A DNA stretch of 50,296 nucleotides from Alphaproteobacteria bacterium. Its GTDB lineage: Bacteria; Pseudomonadota; Alphaproteobacteria; RF32; CAG-239. The translations under genes were made by a program, and so were the position numbers. Each line of letters begins with the position of its first letter. The stretch's first letter is position 1. The stretch is taken from contig JAFVBT010000083.1 in assembly GCA_017479785.1 (NCBI GenBank), positions 1 through 50,296 of the forward strand. The letters are read 5' to 3'. Under the pieces are notes generated by a model. That model saw only the letters and a program-made list of their open reading frames with translations, did not search any database and was not told the origin of the DNA. Positions 36,858-47,603 of the stretch are shown here, in pieces.

Positions 36858-37739
36858 GTGGAAGAAAATAATATGGAAAATGAAGCGCAAACCGTGGGCG
36901 AGATTATCCGCAATGCGCGCTTAAAACAAGGCAAAACAATCGGAGATGCCTCTGAAGAATTATGTATTCGCAAAGGCTATGTGGAAGCTATTGAAAATAT
37001 GGATTTGCCGAAAATGCCGCAAATGCCTTATGCTTTGGGTTTTGTGCGCAGCTATGCCGATTATCTGGGTTTGAACAGTAATCGCATAGTATTTTTGTAT
37101 CGTAAGGCAATTATGGGAGATGCGGCGGAAGAAGATGAGAACATCCAAAACGAGGAACCTTCCGTGCCTAATTTTAAACACTTGTTGAGTGCCTTTATCG
37201 GATTGATAATTGTTTTTGCAATTTGGACATCATGGCCGTTATTTGATAAATTTACGCAGGAAAATAACAATACTCAGGAAGAAACTGTTGTGCCGGAACC
37301 GGAAATCGTTGATGCCGACCAAACGGCAACAGAGGGCAGCGCGCCGGAAGAAATTGCATCAGAAGAAAAGAGTGAAGCCAAAGAAGATGTAAAACGGGAA
37401 GATCTGACGGCAGATGATTCGCAAAAAGAAGATGCTAAAAAGGAAGATATAGAAAAGAAAGATGCCGAAGAAGACACCGAAAAAACACCGGTGAAAGAAG
37501 AGAAAAAAGTCAAACTTGTTTTGACCGGACCGTCTTGGATTGAACTGAAACAGGGTGATAAGGCTTTGTTGAACGGCGTTTATCGTAAAGGTTTTGAATA
37601 TGAATTGACGCTGGGTAAGGGGCAAATTATCACTGTCGGCAGACATTATAATGTTCGTTTTTACGTTGATGGAAAACAAACTAAAGTTCTGTCGGCAATC
37701 AGAAGCAGAGATGTTAAAATAGATGAAGTTATAAAATAA
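36858..37739 (+). CDS. RodZ-like helix-turn-helix membrane protein
   Basis: GTG start with an AGGAGA SD. N-terminal HTH (VGEIIRNARLKQGKTIGDASEELCIRKGYVEAIE). One TM helix. Acidic Glu/Lys linker. C-terminal DUF4115-like domain. Confidence 0.7.
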   Translation: MEENNMENEAQTVGEIIRNARLKQGKTIGDASEELCIRKGYVEAIENMDLPKMPQMPYALGFVRSYADYLGLNSNRIVFLYRKAIMGDAAEEDENIQNEEPSVPNFKHLLSAFIGLIIVFAIWTSWPLFDKFTQENNNTQEETVVPEPEIVDADQTATEGSAPEEIASEEKSEAKEDVKREDLTADDSQKEDAKKEDIEKKDAEEDTEKTPVKEEKKVKLVLTGPSWIELKQGDKALLNGVYRKGFEYELTLGKGQIITVGRHYNVRFYVDGKQTKVLSAIRSRDVKIDEVIK

Positions 37740-37828
37740 ATACCGAAAATTTGAAAAGTGTGCGGCATTTGTGTGCAAATACAAAAATGTCTTGGCGATA
37801 GCTTTCGGAGTCGGATAGGAATTAAAAA

Positions 37829-38899
37829 ATGAATTTTGAAGAAAAACTTGCTAATGTTGTTAATCGTTATGAAGAAGTTCAGTCTTTGCTGACGACAACA
37901 TCTTCTTCCGAGGAACTTGTTAAGTTAAACAAAGAACTGGCTGTTTTGGAGCCGGTTGTTACCGCTATTCAAAAGTATAATCATGAATTGCAAGTTATGC
38001 GCGATGACGAGGCAATGATAAACGATACCTCGTTGGATAAGGAAATGCGCGAGATGGCCGAAGCGGAATATTACGAAGCCAAGGAAAAGTTGCCGACTTT
38101 GGAAAAAGAAATCAAAGTTTTGTTGCTACCGAAAGATGCAGATGACGAGAAAAACGCAATTTTGGAAGTTCGCGCCGGCACCGGCGGGGATGAAGCAGCT
38201 TTGTTTGCGACAGTTTTGTTTGAAATGTATCAGAGATATGCACAAAAACAAGGTTGGCGCTTTGAAATGTTGGATGCCAATGAAAACGGTTTGGGCGGTT
38301 ATAAAGAGGCCAGTGCCAAAATTACCGGTAAAGATGTTTTTGCAAAATTAAAATTTGAGTCCGGTGCACATCGTGTTCAACGTGTTCCGATAACCGAATC
38401 TCAAGGGAGAGTTCACACTTCGGCGGCAACGGTTGCCGTTTTACCGGAAATTGAAGAAGTTGATATGTATATCAATCCTGCAGATTTGAAAATTGATGTT
38501 TACCGCGCTTCGGGAGCCGGCGGACAACACGTTAACCGCACGGAGTCGGCTGTTCGTATTACGCATATACCGACCGGAATTGTCGTTCAATGTCAAGATG
38601 ATCGTTCTCAGTTTAAAAACAAAGAAAAAGCAATGAACCACTTGCGTGCAAAGTTATATGACGAACAAAAAGCCAAAATTGATGCCAGCTATTCCGAAAA
38701 GCGTAAGTTGCAGGTTGGCAGCGGCGACAGAAGTGAACGGATTCGTACGTATAATTATCCGCAAGGTCGTGTGACGGATCACCGAATAAATTTGACGCTG
38801 TATAAACTTGATGAAGTCGTCGCCGGTGAGGCTTTGAACGAAATCATAGACGCTTTAATTGCGGAAGATCAGGCTGAGCGTTTGGCAGAAATTGATTAA
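37829..38899 (+). CDS. prfA: peptide chain release factor 1
   Basis: 356 aa. [12 protein letters not shown] motif and an RF1-type PxT region (VPITES). Confidence 0.96.
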   Translation: MNFEEKLANVVNRYEEVQSLLTTTSSSEELVKLNKELAVLEPVVTAIQKYNHELQVMRDDEAMINDTSLDKEMREMAEAEYYEAKEKLPTLEKEIKVLLLPKDADDEKNAILEVRAGTGGDEAALFATVLFEMYQRYAQKQGWRFEMLDANENGLGGYKEASAKITGKDVFAKLKFESGAHRVQRVPITESQGRVHTSAATVAVLPEIEEVDMYINPADLKIDVYRASGAGGQHVNRTESAVRITHIPTGIVVQCQDDRSQFKNKEKAMNHLRAKLYDEQKAKIDASYSEKRKLQVGSGDRSERIRTYNYPQGRVTDHRINLTLYKLDEVVAGEALNEIIDALIAEDQAERLAEID

Positions 38900-38924
38900 T
38901 AAGGATATCTTTTGATTTTTAAAC

Positions 38925-38965
38925 GTCATTGCGAGGAGCGGTGCTAGCCGGCGACGCGACAATAT
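38925..38965 (+). repeat. GC-rich GTCATT-type short element
   Basis: GTCATTGCGAGGAGCGGTGCTAGCCGGCGACGCGACAATAT, an isolated GC-rich block in AT-rich spacer. Confidence 0.3.
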
Positions 38966-39031
38966 CCCTCGTTGGCGTATAATCCGGAGTTGCTTTTAAA
39001 CTAAAACGAGAGAATATAAAAAAGTTGTTAA

Positions 39032-39841
39032 CTAATCAGTTATATCTTTGCCAATAAGCTTAGATGTTCTTATATTACCCTCCATATGTCGAATTTTTGC
39101 TTCATTTTTTATCGCTTCTTCCGTCATATTCGGGTGTCTTTCTTTCAAATGACTCATAACGCGTTTTTTAGCCTCTGTTATATCTTGTGATACACCAAAG
39201 TTCATTTTTTTCTCACTAAGAAGTTCTCCATTTTTCCAGTGTTTAACTACAGAGAATTTGTCCTCATCGTCATCAACATGAATATATTCAACACCATTTT
39301 TTTTACCATTTTTTTGTTGCCATTCATCCCAAACCACCCCATCCGTAGAAGCCTGACACGGACCATTATAATTTTCAATTGTTTCACTTATACTTATTTT
39401 ACCACCATCCATATGAGTTTTTGCAACCTTATGATAAAAATTTTCTAATTCATGAACTTTCTTTTCTTCATAGACAATTTCACCTTTTCCAATTTCAACA
39501 ACTTCCTCTGATAACTCTTTTTTTTCTGCCAAATACGTTACAGATTTACGTTGTCTGCCGGTAAATATTCCATCTTCAATAAATCCTTCACGTTCTTCAT
39601 ATTGCTCGTGATGAAAACCCTCTTTTTTTTCAAGCTTGTCTTTGTATTCTTCTATATAAGTCTTTCCATCTCTATAGGTTTCCGTATAATCTATACGCCA
39701 TCCATTTTCATCTACTGTAAGTTTATGCACACCAACCGGGATACCATTTTCATATGTTTTCTCTTCTCCGCTATAGGTATCATAGTTTAATTGTCCAACA
39801 ACTCCATTTATTTTATTTTCTCCAGAATCATGCATACCCAT
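39032..39841 (-). CDS. hypothetical AT-rich orphan protein with MORN/YwqK-like G..Y..G repeats
   Basis: 269 aa. Repeated YENGIPVG, YRDGKTYIEEY and WKNGELL type motifs. Sampled 60-nt lines give about 23-30% G+C versus about 43% in adjacent prfA (hand counts). Confidence 0.6.
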   Translation of the reverse strand: MGMHDSGENKINGVVGQLNYDTYSGEEKTYENGIPVGVHKLTVDENGWRIDYTETYRDGKTYIEEYKDKLEKKEGFHHEQYEEREGFIEDGIFTGRQRKSVTYLAEKKELSEEVVEIGKGEIVYEEKKVHELENFYHKVAKTHMDGGKISISETIENYNGPCQASTDGVVWDEWQQKNGKKNGVEYIHVDDDEDKFSVVKHWKNGELLSEKKMNFGVSQDITEAKKRVMSHLKERHPNMTEEAIKNEAKIRHMEGNIRTSKLIGKDITD

Positions 39842-40010
39842 AACCTTTCTTATATTACTCCATATACGGTATGCACATAGTACTATATAACGGCATATTT
39901 GTCAAGTTTTTTGCAAAAGGTAAAAAAATAAAGTCATGCCTATTTTGCGGAACGCAAAATTCAAGGCATCTCCGAATTAAATAAAAAAAATAAGCGCTAC
40001 GCAAAGATAA

Positions 40011-40053
40011 GATTCCTTGATTCGCGGATGCGCCGCACCGCGAAAGGAATGAC
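40011..40053 (-). repeat. GC-rich GTCATT-type palindromic element (reverse orientation)
   Basis: Reverse complement reads GTCATTCCTTTCGCGGTGCGGCGCATCCGCGAATCAAGGAATC. Internal arms are ATTCCTT..TTCGCG / CGCGAA.GGAAT. Confidence 0.3.
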
Positions 40054-40111
40054 AATATAAGAGACACTTCGAAAGGTGCCTTTATAAAAATGGTGCGGGT
40101 AATAAGAATCC

Positions 40112-40552
40112 CTACACGCGGTGGTAGGGATGGTGGTTGATAATTGTCTGGATTCGGTAAATTTGTTCGGTCAGCACGGCGCGCATTAATATGTGCGGCA
40201 ACGTCAGTTTGCCGAAAGAGAGAATTAAATCAGCCTTATCGCGGGTAGATTGCAAATGTCCGTCGGCACCGCCGATTAAAAAGCAGATTTCCGAGCAACC
40301 ATCCACAATCCAGTTTTCAACTTTTTCCGCCAACGCCGGACTGGAAATATTTACACCGCGCTCGTCCAAAACAATCACCTTGGCACCGGTCGGAATGGAG
40401 TGCTGTAAAAATTCTGCTTCGTCTTTCTGATTGGAATTATCCTGTTCTTTAATAACAATATCCCACCCCGAACGCTTAATGTATTCGGCAATTATTTCTG
40501 CTTCAGGAGCATTTTTTTTGCATTTACCTATGGCGGCAATTATAATCTTCAT
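40112..40552 (-). CDS. rlmH: 23S rRNA (pseudouridine1915-N3)-methyltransferase RlmH
   Basis: ATG 40552 (MKIIIAAIGK...). SPOUT-type ...FLIGGADGH... and C-terminal ...LTEQIYR. The track start at 40654 is an upstream extension overlapping rsfS. Confidence 0.9.
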   Translation of the reverse strand: MKIIIAAIGKCKKNAPEAEIIAEYIKRSGWDIVIKEQDNSNQKDEAEFLQHSIPTGAKVIVLDERGVNISSPALAEKVENWIVDGCSEICFLIGGADGHLQSTRDKADLILSFGKLTLPHILMRAVLTEQIYRIQTIINHHPYHRV

Positions 40553-40568
40553 GGTAATAGAAACCGGC

Positions 40569-40922
40569 TTATTCTTTGCGCAAATTGGCAACCGACTGCC
40601 ACATTTTTTCCAAATTATAGAAAGCACGTACTTCCGGACGGAATATATGAACAATCACATCAAATGCGTCAATCAAAACCCAGTCGGCTTTTGTTTCACC
40701 TTCAGTTGTACTGCGACAACCGGCGGCTTTCAGATTTTCTTCAATTTTTTGCGCAATTGAGGCAACATGCCGATTTGATGTGCCACTGACCACAACCATA
40801 TAACTTGCAATAGATGTTTTGCCTTCCAAGTCAATCACAACAACGTCTTCGGCCTTCATATCTTCCAAAGCGTTTGTTATTATTTTCAAAATTTTATTAT
40901 CTTCCTGAATGCTTTTTACCAC
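40569..40922 (-). CDS. rsfS: ribosome silencing factor RsfS
   Basis: 117 aa. ...DWVLIDAFDVIVHIFRPEVRAFYNLEKMW. GTG start with a GAGGA SD. Confidence 0.9.
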   Translation of the reverse strand: MVKSIQEDNKILKIITNALEDMKAEDVVVIDLEGKTSIASYMVVVSGTSNRHVASIAQKIEENLKAAGCRSTTEGETKADWVLIDAFDVIVHIFRPEVRAFYNLEKMWQSVANLRKE

Positions 40923-40935
40923 GTTTATTTTCCTC

Positions 40936-42006
<1,071 letters not shown>

Positions 42007-42016
42007 TCACTTGAGT

Positions 42017-42043
42017 AAAAATAAAGGGGCACAAGGCCCCCTT
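42017..42043 (-). terminator. hairpin terminator/attenuator after rpmA
   Basis: On the minus strand: AAGGGGGCC-UUGU-GCCCCUU followed by UAUUUUU. Confidence 0.55.
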
Positions 42044-42062
42044 AAAAAGTTTTCGTTAAAAC

Positions 42063-42317
42063 TTATTCGGTAACAACAGAAACATAAACTTTGCTGTCAG
42101 CCTTTGTTTTAAATTCGACTTTGCCTTCGGAAGTAGCAAAGATTGTATGATCTTTACCCAAGCCGACATTTTGTCCCGGATGATACTTCGTACCGCGTTG
42201 ACGAATGATAATGTTTCCCGGGATAACAGCTTCACCGCCGAATTTCTTCACACCCAAACGACGACCTTCAGAATCGCGGCCGTTATTGGAGCTACCACCA
42301 GATTTCTTATGTGCCAT
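42063..42317 (-). CDS. rpmA: 50S ribosomal protein L27
   Basis: [24 protein letters not shown]... Confidence 0.96.
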   Translation of the reverse strand: MAHKKSGGSSNNGRDSEGRRLGVKKFGGEAVIPGNIIIRQRGTKYHPGQNVGLGKDHTIFATSEGKVEFKTKADSKVYVSVVTE

Positions 42318-42332
42318 AACGCTTTCTCCCTA

Positions 42333-42635
42333 TTACTTACCTAAAATATCCGTAATCTTAACGATTGTGATATTTTGTCTGTGACCATTTTTACGACGAT
42401 AGTTCTGTCTTCTCTTTTTCTTGAAAACGATAACTTTTGCGTCTTTTGCCTGTTTTACAACCAAAGCTTTAACGCTTGCACCTTTAACCAACGGCGTACC
42501 GATAGTAGAGTCCAAGGCTAAAACTTCGTTGAAAACAACTTCTTTTCCTTCTTCACCGGCGATTTTTTCAATTTTAACAACATCACCCGTTGTGACGTTA
42601 TATTGTTTACCGCCTGTTTTAATTACTGCGTACAT
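42333..42635 (-). CDS. rplU: 50S ribosomal protein L21
   Basis: MYAVIKTGGKQYNV... Confidence 0.95.
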   Translation of the reverse strand: MYAVIKTGGKQYNVTTGDVVKIEKIAGEEGKEVVFNEVLALDSTIGTPLVKGASVKALVVKQAKDAKVIVFKKKRRQNYRRKNGHRQNITIVKITDILGK

Positions 42636-42808
42636 ATTCTTTCACCTATTATTTAAACATAAAGCAATGGCTTGTAATATACATAAGTTTTTAGCGCTGT
42701 CAACAACAAAATAACGATTTTTTAAATTTTTTCGTTTTTATAGGCAAAAGGCCGAAAACTCTTCGTATTTCGCCTCGTTTCGGAAATAGAGGCAATTTTG
42801 TGGACGAG

Positions 42809-42848
42809 TTGACTTTTTTCTTGAGTTGCGGTTTAATATCTTTATACT
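42809..42848 (+). promoter_or_regulatory. candidate promoter region of rubrerythrin gene
   Basis: Two candidates: TTGACT(42809)-17-TTTAAT and TTGAGT(42821)-16-TATACT(42843). Inverted repeat TGAGTTG (42822-42828) / CAACTCA (42849-42855). Confidence 0.4.
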
Positions 42849-42881
42849 CAACTCAGTAACTAATTTTATAAGGAAAATATA

Positions 42882-43421
42882 ATGACAAATAAATATGCCG
42901 GTACACAAACCGAAAAGAATCTGGCAACTGCCTTTGCCGGAGAAAGTCAAGCTCGTAACAAATATACATATTTTGCCAGTGTTGCAAAGAAGGAAGGTTA
43001 TGAGCAAATTTCCGCTATTTTCTTAAAGACGGCGGAAAATGAAAAAGAGCACGCTAAAATGTGGTTCAAAGAGTTGGGCGAATTGGGAACGACAACCGAA
43101 AATCTGGCGGCTGCCGCCAATGGTGAAAATTATGAGTGGACCGATATGTATGACGGTTTTGCAAAAACGGCCGAAGCTGAGGGATTTTCCGCATTGGCAG
43201 CAAAATTCCGCGCCGTTGCCGCAATTGAAAAGGCTCATGAAGAAAGATACAGAGCTTTGTTAAACAACATTGAAACAAAGCAGGTTTTTGCCAAATCTTC
43301 GGTTAAGGTGTGGGAATGCCGCAACTGCGGACATATTATTGTCGGTACCGAAGCACCGGCAGCTTGTCCGGTTTGTGCTCACCCGCAAAGCTATTTTGAA
43401 ATCAGAGAAGAGAACTATTGA
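42882..43421 (+). CDS. rbr: rubrerythrin
   Basis: N-terminal ferritin-like domain ([16 protein letters not shown]). C-terminal rubredoxin-like CRNCGH...CPVCAHP. Confidence 0.93.
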   Translation: MTNKYAGTQTEKNLATAFAGESQARNKYTYFASVAKKEGYEQISAIFLKTAENEKEHAKMWFKELGELGTTTENLAAAANGENYEWTDMYDGFAKTAEAEGFSALAAKFRAVAAIEKAHEERYRALLNNIETKQVFAKSSVKVWECRNCGHIIVGTEAPAACPVCAHPQSYFEIREENY

Positions 43422-43445
43422 GTTTTCTTTTAAAAACAGTTGTTA

Positions 43446-43958
43446 TCAAGGCTGAGATTCTTCTCGGCCTTTTTTGCTTATTGCCGGCGGATTCTCTTTT
43501 ACGTAGCGGTTTAATATTCGGTATAAAGCCGGTCGCATAAATTTTCCTTGCCAGAGACCTCGTTTATGTTCTTCCGCCTCATCTTGTGCCGCCAGATATG
43601 CCGGCTCACGATAGGCCACGGCCCAGCCGGCGGCAACCAAAGCTTTATTAAGTGATTCGCCGTTTACAAAGCATTCGCATAATTCGCGCTTATATTTGTC
43701 TTTTTGCAGCAAACAATGGCATTCCGGATTACCGCTTTTCAGAAAATTTTCGGCAAATTCCAACGCTTTTTGCCCACAAGCATATTCTTCATTATTTTGA
43801 GTGCGGCACATTTGCATAAACTCGGGTGCATCAATACCATCAAGCCGAATTCGTCTTTCACCTATTTCCAAAGAATCACCGTCAACAACCTTAATTTCGG
43901 CGGCAACGGAAATGGGAAGGGTGCTTAACAACAGCAATATAATTAAAAATTTTTTCAA
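43446..43958 (-). CDS. secreted thermonuclease (SNase) family protein
   Basis: Signal peptide. VVDGDSLEIGERRIRLDGIDAPE motif. Confidence 0.85.
   Translation of the reverse strand: MKKFLIILLLLSTLPISVAAEIKVVDGDSLEIGERRIRLDGIDAPEFMQMCRTQNNEEYACGQKALEFAENFLKSGNPECHCLLQKDKYKRELCECFVNGESLNKALVAAGWAVAYREPAYLAAQDEAEEHKRGLWQGKFMRPALYRILNRYVKENPPAISKKGREESQP
43448..43475 (+). terminator. Rho-independent terminator of rbr
   Basis: AAGGCTGAGA-TTCT-TCTCGGCCTT followed by a T-run. Overlaps the last codons of the convergent nuclease gene. Confidence 0.65.
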
Positions 43959-44085
43959 ATTTTCCTCCGAAAGATATTGTATTTAATATTTTTTTGCATG
44001 CAACCATAATTTATTTACTTTTCATTCATATAATAATGTTATTGTAAATTAAATATCTGTAAACCAGTTGATTAAGGGTAATAAA

Positions 44086-45075
44086 ATGTTGAAAAAATCA
44101 GGAATCCTTGCGCTAGTATGTGCGGCATTATTGGGTTGTGAAAATGTGAACAGTGAGCCTGTTTACGATTACGATCCGGTAATTGTGCAACAGGCACAAT
44201 ATCAGCAGCCGCCGGTTAAAATGCCGACTTCGGTTGTGATATGCCGAGCCAAACAATGTGCACCGGCAAAGCTCTCCATGACCAAAGAGTTTATATATAA
44301 CACATTGTTGCATATGTTAGACAGCAATGCACGTGAGAAAGCTTTGGTTTGTACCGGCAATCCGAACACACACGCTTGCACGGAAGATTTTATATCATTG
44401 CCGGTAACGGTTGGAATAACACCGGCATATATGTATATTGATGATGTAAAGATTGCCGATGTATCCATCAGCCAGCAAAATACCATGGCATTAAATCTGC
44501 TGCTGAATTGGAATGTGACCTATAACGGACAGACACCGACATGTCGCCCGAGTAAAACATTGCTCTATGCTAAAAATGTGAACAACATTATTATGGAAGA
44601 TGACGGTTATTCCTGCCGGATGACAACGATTGGCACAACGATTATTAAAACAATGTTTGCAATTGATTATATTGATCTGGATTATGGTTATATCGGCGGA
44701 TTCTATTCCATTGGCTTATCGGGACCGGCATTCGGCGGTGGTTCGGGGTATATGATTCTGCGTTTGCCGAAAGATGTGACTATTGAAGCAAAAGATTTTG
44801 CCGTTTCTACTTCGGCTTCGGGTGCAAATGGAAATTATAAAACAGCGGCGCAAGCCTTTGATAATGATTTGCCGCAGCCGGTTGCCGTGCCGAAGACAGA
44901 CGGACCTGTTCCGAATGTAGATTCAATTATAAAATATAATCATCCGGCACAAGCCTATGATACAGCTAAAAAGCAAGAGGAAAAGAGAAAAGAAATGGAG
45001 GCAAAAGCCGTAGATTTCGGCGGAGCCAAAGTTTTCCCGTTGCCGGCAAAAAGCAAAACGGAAGAAGAAAAATAA
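44086..45075 (+). CDS. hypothetical lipoprotein
   Basis: ATG 44086 with an AAGGG SD. Lipobox AALLGC. About 329 aa. The track start at 44068 is TTG. No family recognised. Confidence 0.65.
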   Translation: MLKKSGILALVCAALLGCENVNSEPVYDYDPVIVQQAQYQQPPVKMPTSVVICRAKQCAPAKLSMTKEFIYNTLLHMLDSNAREKALVCTGNPNTHACTEDFISLPVTVGITPAYMYIDDVKIADVSISQQNTMALNLLLNWNVTYNGQTPTCRPSKTLLYAKNVNNIIMEDDGYSCRMTTIGTTIIKTMFAIDYIDLDYGYIGGFYSIGLSGPAFGGGSGYMILRLPKDVTIEAKDFAVSTSASGANGNYKTAAQAFDNDLPQPVAVPKTDGPVPNVDSIIKYNHPAQAYDTAKKQEEKRKEMEAKAVDFGGAKVFPLPAKSKTEEEK

Positions 45076-45149
45076 AATAACTATAAAACAGTGCATAAAA
45101 AAACGGCATTTCGCAAGAAGTGTCGTTTTTGCGTTTTAAACAATAATGA

Positions 45150-45177
45150 TTGACAAGTTTACGGATATTTATATACT
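45150..45177 (+). promoter_or_regulatory. near-consensus sigma70 promoter
   Basis: TTGACA (45150-45155), 16-nt spacer, TATACT (45172-45177). Lies inside the 5' end of track ORF 45146..46108. Confidence 0.5.
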
Positions 45178-45223
45178 TACACCTGAAAATATTATAATTT
45201 ATAAACAATTTAAATTAATTTTT

Positions 45224-46108
45224 ATGAAACATCAATGTTTTTACAAACAGCAACTTCTGCTGATTGAAAAAGACGGCAGATCAATGCTGTATCGCTTACC
45301 ATTGCTCGGAAAAGAAATTTCACTGTTGTCTGAATTGACACCGGTCGATTTTATTTCCGCGCCGCAAAAACGCATATTGGTGGACGAAGACACCGAATTG
45401 CTGATAACGGACGAAGATATCTGTACATTAACGGGAGAGAAACTGTTGCATGCGCCGAATTTGACGGATGTTCAGATTATGCAAAAACACAATATCACAG
45501 TTGTGTATGCCGAAAATTCCGCCGAAAAATGTAAGGAAATTATACTGTTTCTTGACGGCACATTGTTGTTGCATGAAAAATGTCAGGAAATAAGCATAAG
45601 TGATTACTATTTTGCGCTTTTGAATAATGACGAATGGGTTGTTATGGATTGGTGCGGCAATGTGAAAAATGTTGCATATCCGGTAAAAAAGGACGAACTG
45701 TGCATACAGGGCCGGTTTTTGATTAAGACGGGCACGGCAAAGTATGAACTTTATTCGCTTAAAGAAGGAAAGGTTTTGCAGACAAATCTGAATGTCGTAT
45801 TATGCAGTACAACGCACGATTTTGCCATTTGTGCCGCAATCGGACGTGATTTGCAGGTTTATTCTGACGGCAAGTGGTATAATTTCGGCGAAGTCGGTTT
45901 CTTTGATATTCTTGATAATATTTCCGCATTTTATGTGCAGAAAAACGGCAAGTATTTTGTATATGGCTACGATGCCGGTTGTCAGCCTTATTTTTCGGAA
46001 GAGTTTGTAAAAGGTGTTGATTTTGTATCTTATGACGCAAAATCGCGAACGCTTATGTGGTTTAATAACGGGAAAATCCATACGCGTGCTTTCAGTGATT
46101 TTTTGTAA
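45224..46108 (+). CDS. hypothetical protein
   Basis: First ATG downstream of the promoter above. No clear SD, so 45284 is an alternative start. About 294 aa and Cys-rich. No family recognised. Confidence 0.5.
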   Translation: MKHQCFYKQQLLLIEKDGRSMLYRLPLLGKEISLLSELTPVDFISAPQKRILVDEDTELLITDEDICTLTGEKLLHAPNLTDVQIMQKHNITVVYAENSAEKCKEIILFLDGTLLLHEKCQEISISDYYFALLNNDEWVVMDWCGNVKNVAYPVKKDELCIQGRFLIKTGTAKYELYSLKEGKVLQTNLNVVLCSTTHDFAICAAIGRDLQVYSDGKWYNFGEVGFFDILDNISAFYVQKNGKYFVYGYDAGCQPYFSEEFVKGVDFVSYDAKSRTLMWFNNGKIHTRAFSDFL

Positions 46109-46116
46109 TTTAAAAG

Positions 46117-46151
46117 AACGGATAACGGGTAAAACCGCTATCCGTTTTTTT
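46117..46151 (+). terminator. Rho-independent terminator
   Basis: AACGGATA ... TATCCGTT followed by T7. Confidence 0.75.
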
Positions 46152-46214
46152 ATGTTTTGCCGAAAAATACTTCCTTAATCAAAAATAAATATTTTGCGGT
46201 TAAAATAAAACAGA

Positions 46215-47108
46215 ATGGAGAAGTTTGTGAAAAAAGTTATCGCAATATTTATGATGACGTTGTTCTTAAGCGGTTGTGCCGGTTTGAACTGGTGGGGCGG
46301 CTGGGGTAGCGGAACGGTCACCGTCCGCAAAGGAGATACCTTATACAGTATCTCCCGCCATTATAATGTGCCGATAAAAGAATTAATTACGGCAAATCGC
46401 TTGTCCGCACCATATACGCTATATGTTGGGCAAAAGTTACGCTTGCCGGCCAAGCAATATCATATTGTAAAGCGCGGAGAAAGTTTGTACAGCATAGCCA
46501 GAATGCATAATGTGGATATCACAACGCTGAGTAAAGTGAATAATCTGCAAACCCCTTATTCGTTATCCGTGGGGCAAAAATTGTTGCTGCCTGCCTCTGT
46601 TTCTTCAGTATCCGCAGCAGCATCTAACGCTAAGAGCCAATCGGCGGCGCAAACTTCGTCTTATACATCAACAGCTAAAAAGTCATATGAATCATCTGTT
46701 TATGTACCGACCAATGCACCGGCAAAAAATCGTTCTGCCAAGTTTTTGTGGCCGGTTAAAGGTACGGTTATTTCCGGTTTCGGTAATTTAGGCAAAGGAC
46801 GTAAAAATGACGGAATAAATATCAAGGCTGCGCTCGGTACCACGGTTGTGGCGGCTGATGCCGGCACGGTGGCATATGCGGGTAATGAACTGAAAGGATT
46901 CGGTAACTTAATATTAATAAAACATACGGATGGCTGGATAACCGCTTATGCGCATAATGACAGAATGTTTGTTAAAAAAGGCCAAAAGGTTAAGCGCGGC
47001 GAAAAAATCGCAACGGTCGGCAGTACCGGAAGTGTAACGTCGCCGCAACTTCACTTTGAAGTCAGAACCGGCAAAAAGGCAGTTAATCCGCGAACTTATT
47101 TGCCGTAA
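46215..47108 (+). CDS. LysM-domain M23 peptidase lipoprotein (NlpD-like)
   Basis: Lipobox FLSGC. Three LysM-like repeats (VRKGDTLYSISRHYNV, VKRGESLYSIARMHNV, and so on). M23 motif PQLHFEVR. Confidence 0.88.
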   Translation: MEKFVKKVIAIFMMTLFLSGCAGLNWWGGWGSGTVTVRKGDTLYSISRHYNVPIKELITANRLSAPYTLYVGQKLRLPAKQYHIVKRGESLYSIARMHNVDITTLSKVNNLQTPYSLSVGQKLLLPASVSSVSAAASNAKSQSAAQTSSYTSTAKKSYESSVYVPTNAPAKNRSAKFLWPVKGTVISGFGNLGKGRKNDGINIKAALGTTVVAADAGTVAYAGNELKGFGNLILIKHTDGWITAYAHNDRMFVKKGQKVKRGEKIATVGSTGSVTSPQLHFEVRTGKKAVNPRTYLP

Positions 47109-47226
47109 TGGTTTGATAAATACCGATTTTTTTATAAAAATACGTTAATAACTTGAAAAATTAGTTTTTTCTCTTGCAATTATGGTATACAAATACCTAC
47201 ATATTGTACGTGAAAAGGAGAAAAAT

Positions 47227-47592
47227 ATGTTTATAAGCGAAGCTTTTGCCGCACCGGCAGCCGCAGCAACGGGCGCGGGGTCTATGGGCGGTACACTGAT
47301 ACAATTGGCGCTGATTTTGCTGATTTTTTATTTTTTCTTAATCAGACCGCAACAAAAGAAAATTAAAGCCCATGCCGACATGGTTGAGGCACTTAAAATA
47401 GGGGACAGAGTTCTGACAAATGGTGGTATTTACGGTACCGTTGCCAAGCTTGACGGAATGGAAGTTTCTTTGGAAATTGCACCGAATGTAGTGGTTGTGG
47501 TTGATCGTATGTCAATCAGTGGAGTTATACCTGCCGAAAAAAATATAAAGGCAGTGTCAAATAACAAAAAAAATATTAAAAACACAAAATAA
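47227..47592 (+). CDS. yajC: preprotein translocase subunit YajC
   Basis: ATG 47227 with an AAGGAGA SD. ...FFLIRPQQKK...GDRVLTNGGIYGTV. Upstream of secD. Confidence 0.9.
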   Translation: MFISEAFAAPAAAATGAGSMGGTLIQLALILLIFYFFLIRPQQKKIKAHADMVEALKIGDRVLTNGGIYGTVAKLDGMEVSLEIAPNVVVVVDRMSISGVIPAEKNIKAVSNNKKNIKNTK

Positions 47593-47603
47593 AGGATACA
47601 ATA

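Noticed and set aside
39855-40067. 70-aa minus-strand ORF between the AT-rich orphan gene and rlmH
   Set aside because: It is largely made of the GC-rich palindromic element plus A/T runs. There is no SD. It is most likely a repeat read as protein.
42738-43007. 89-aa minus-strand ORF overlapping the rubrerythrin start
   Set aside because: It is antisense to a confidently identified gene and its promoter. The product is low-complexity and hydrophobic, with no SD.
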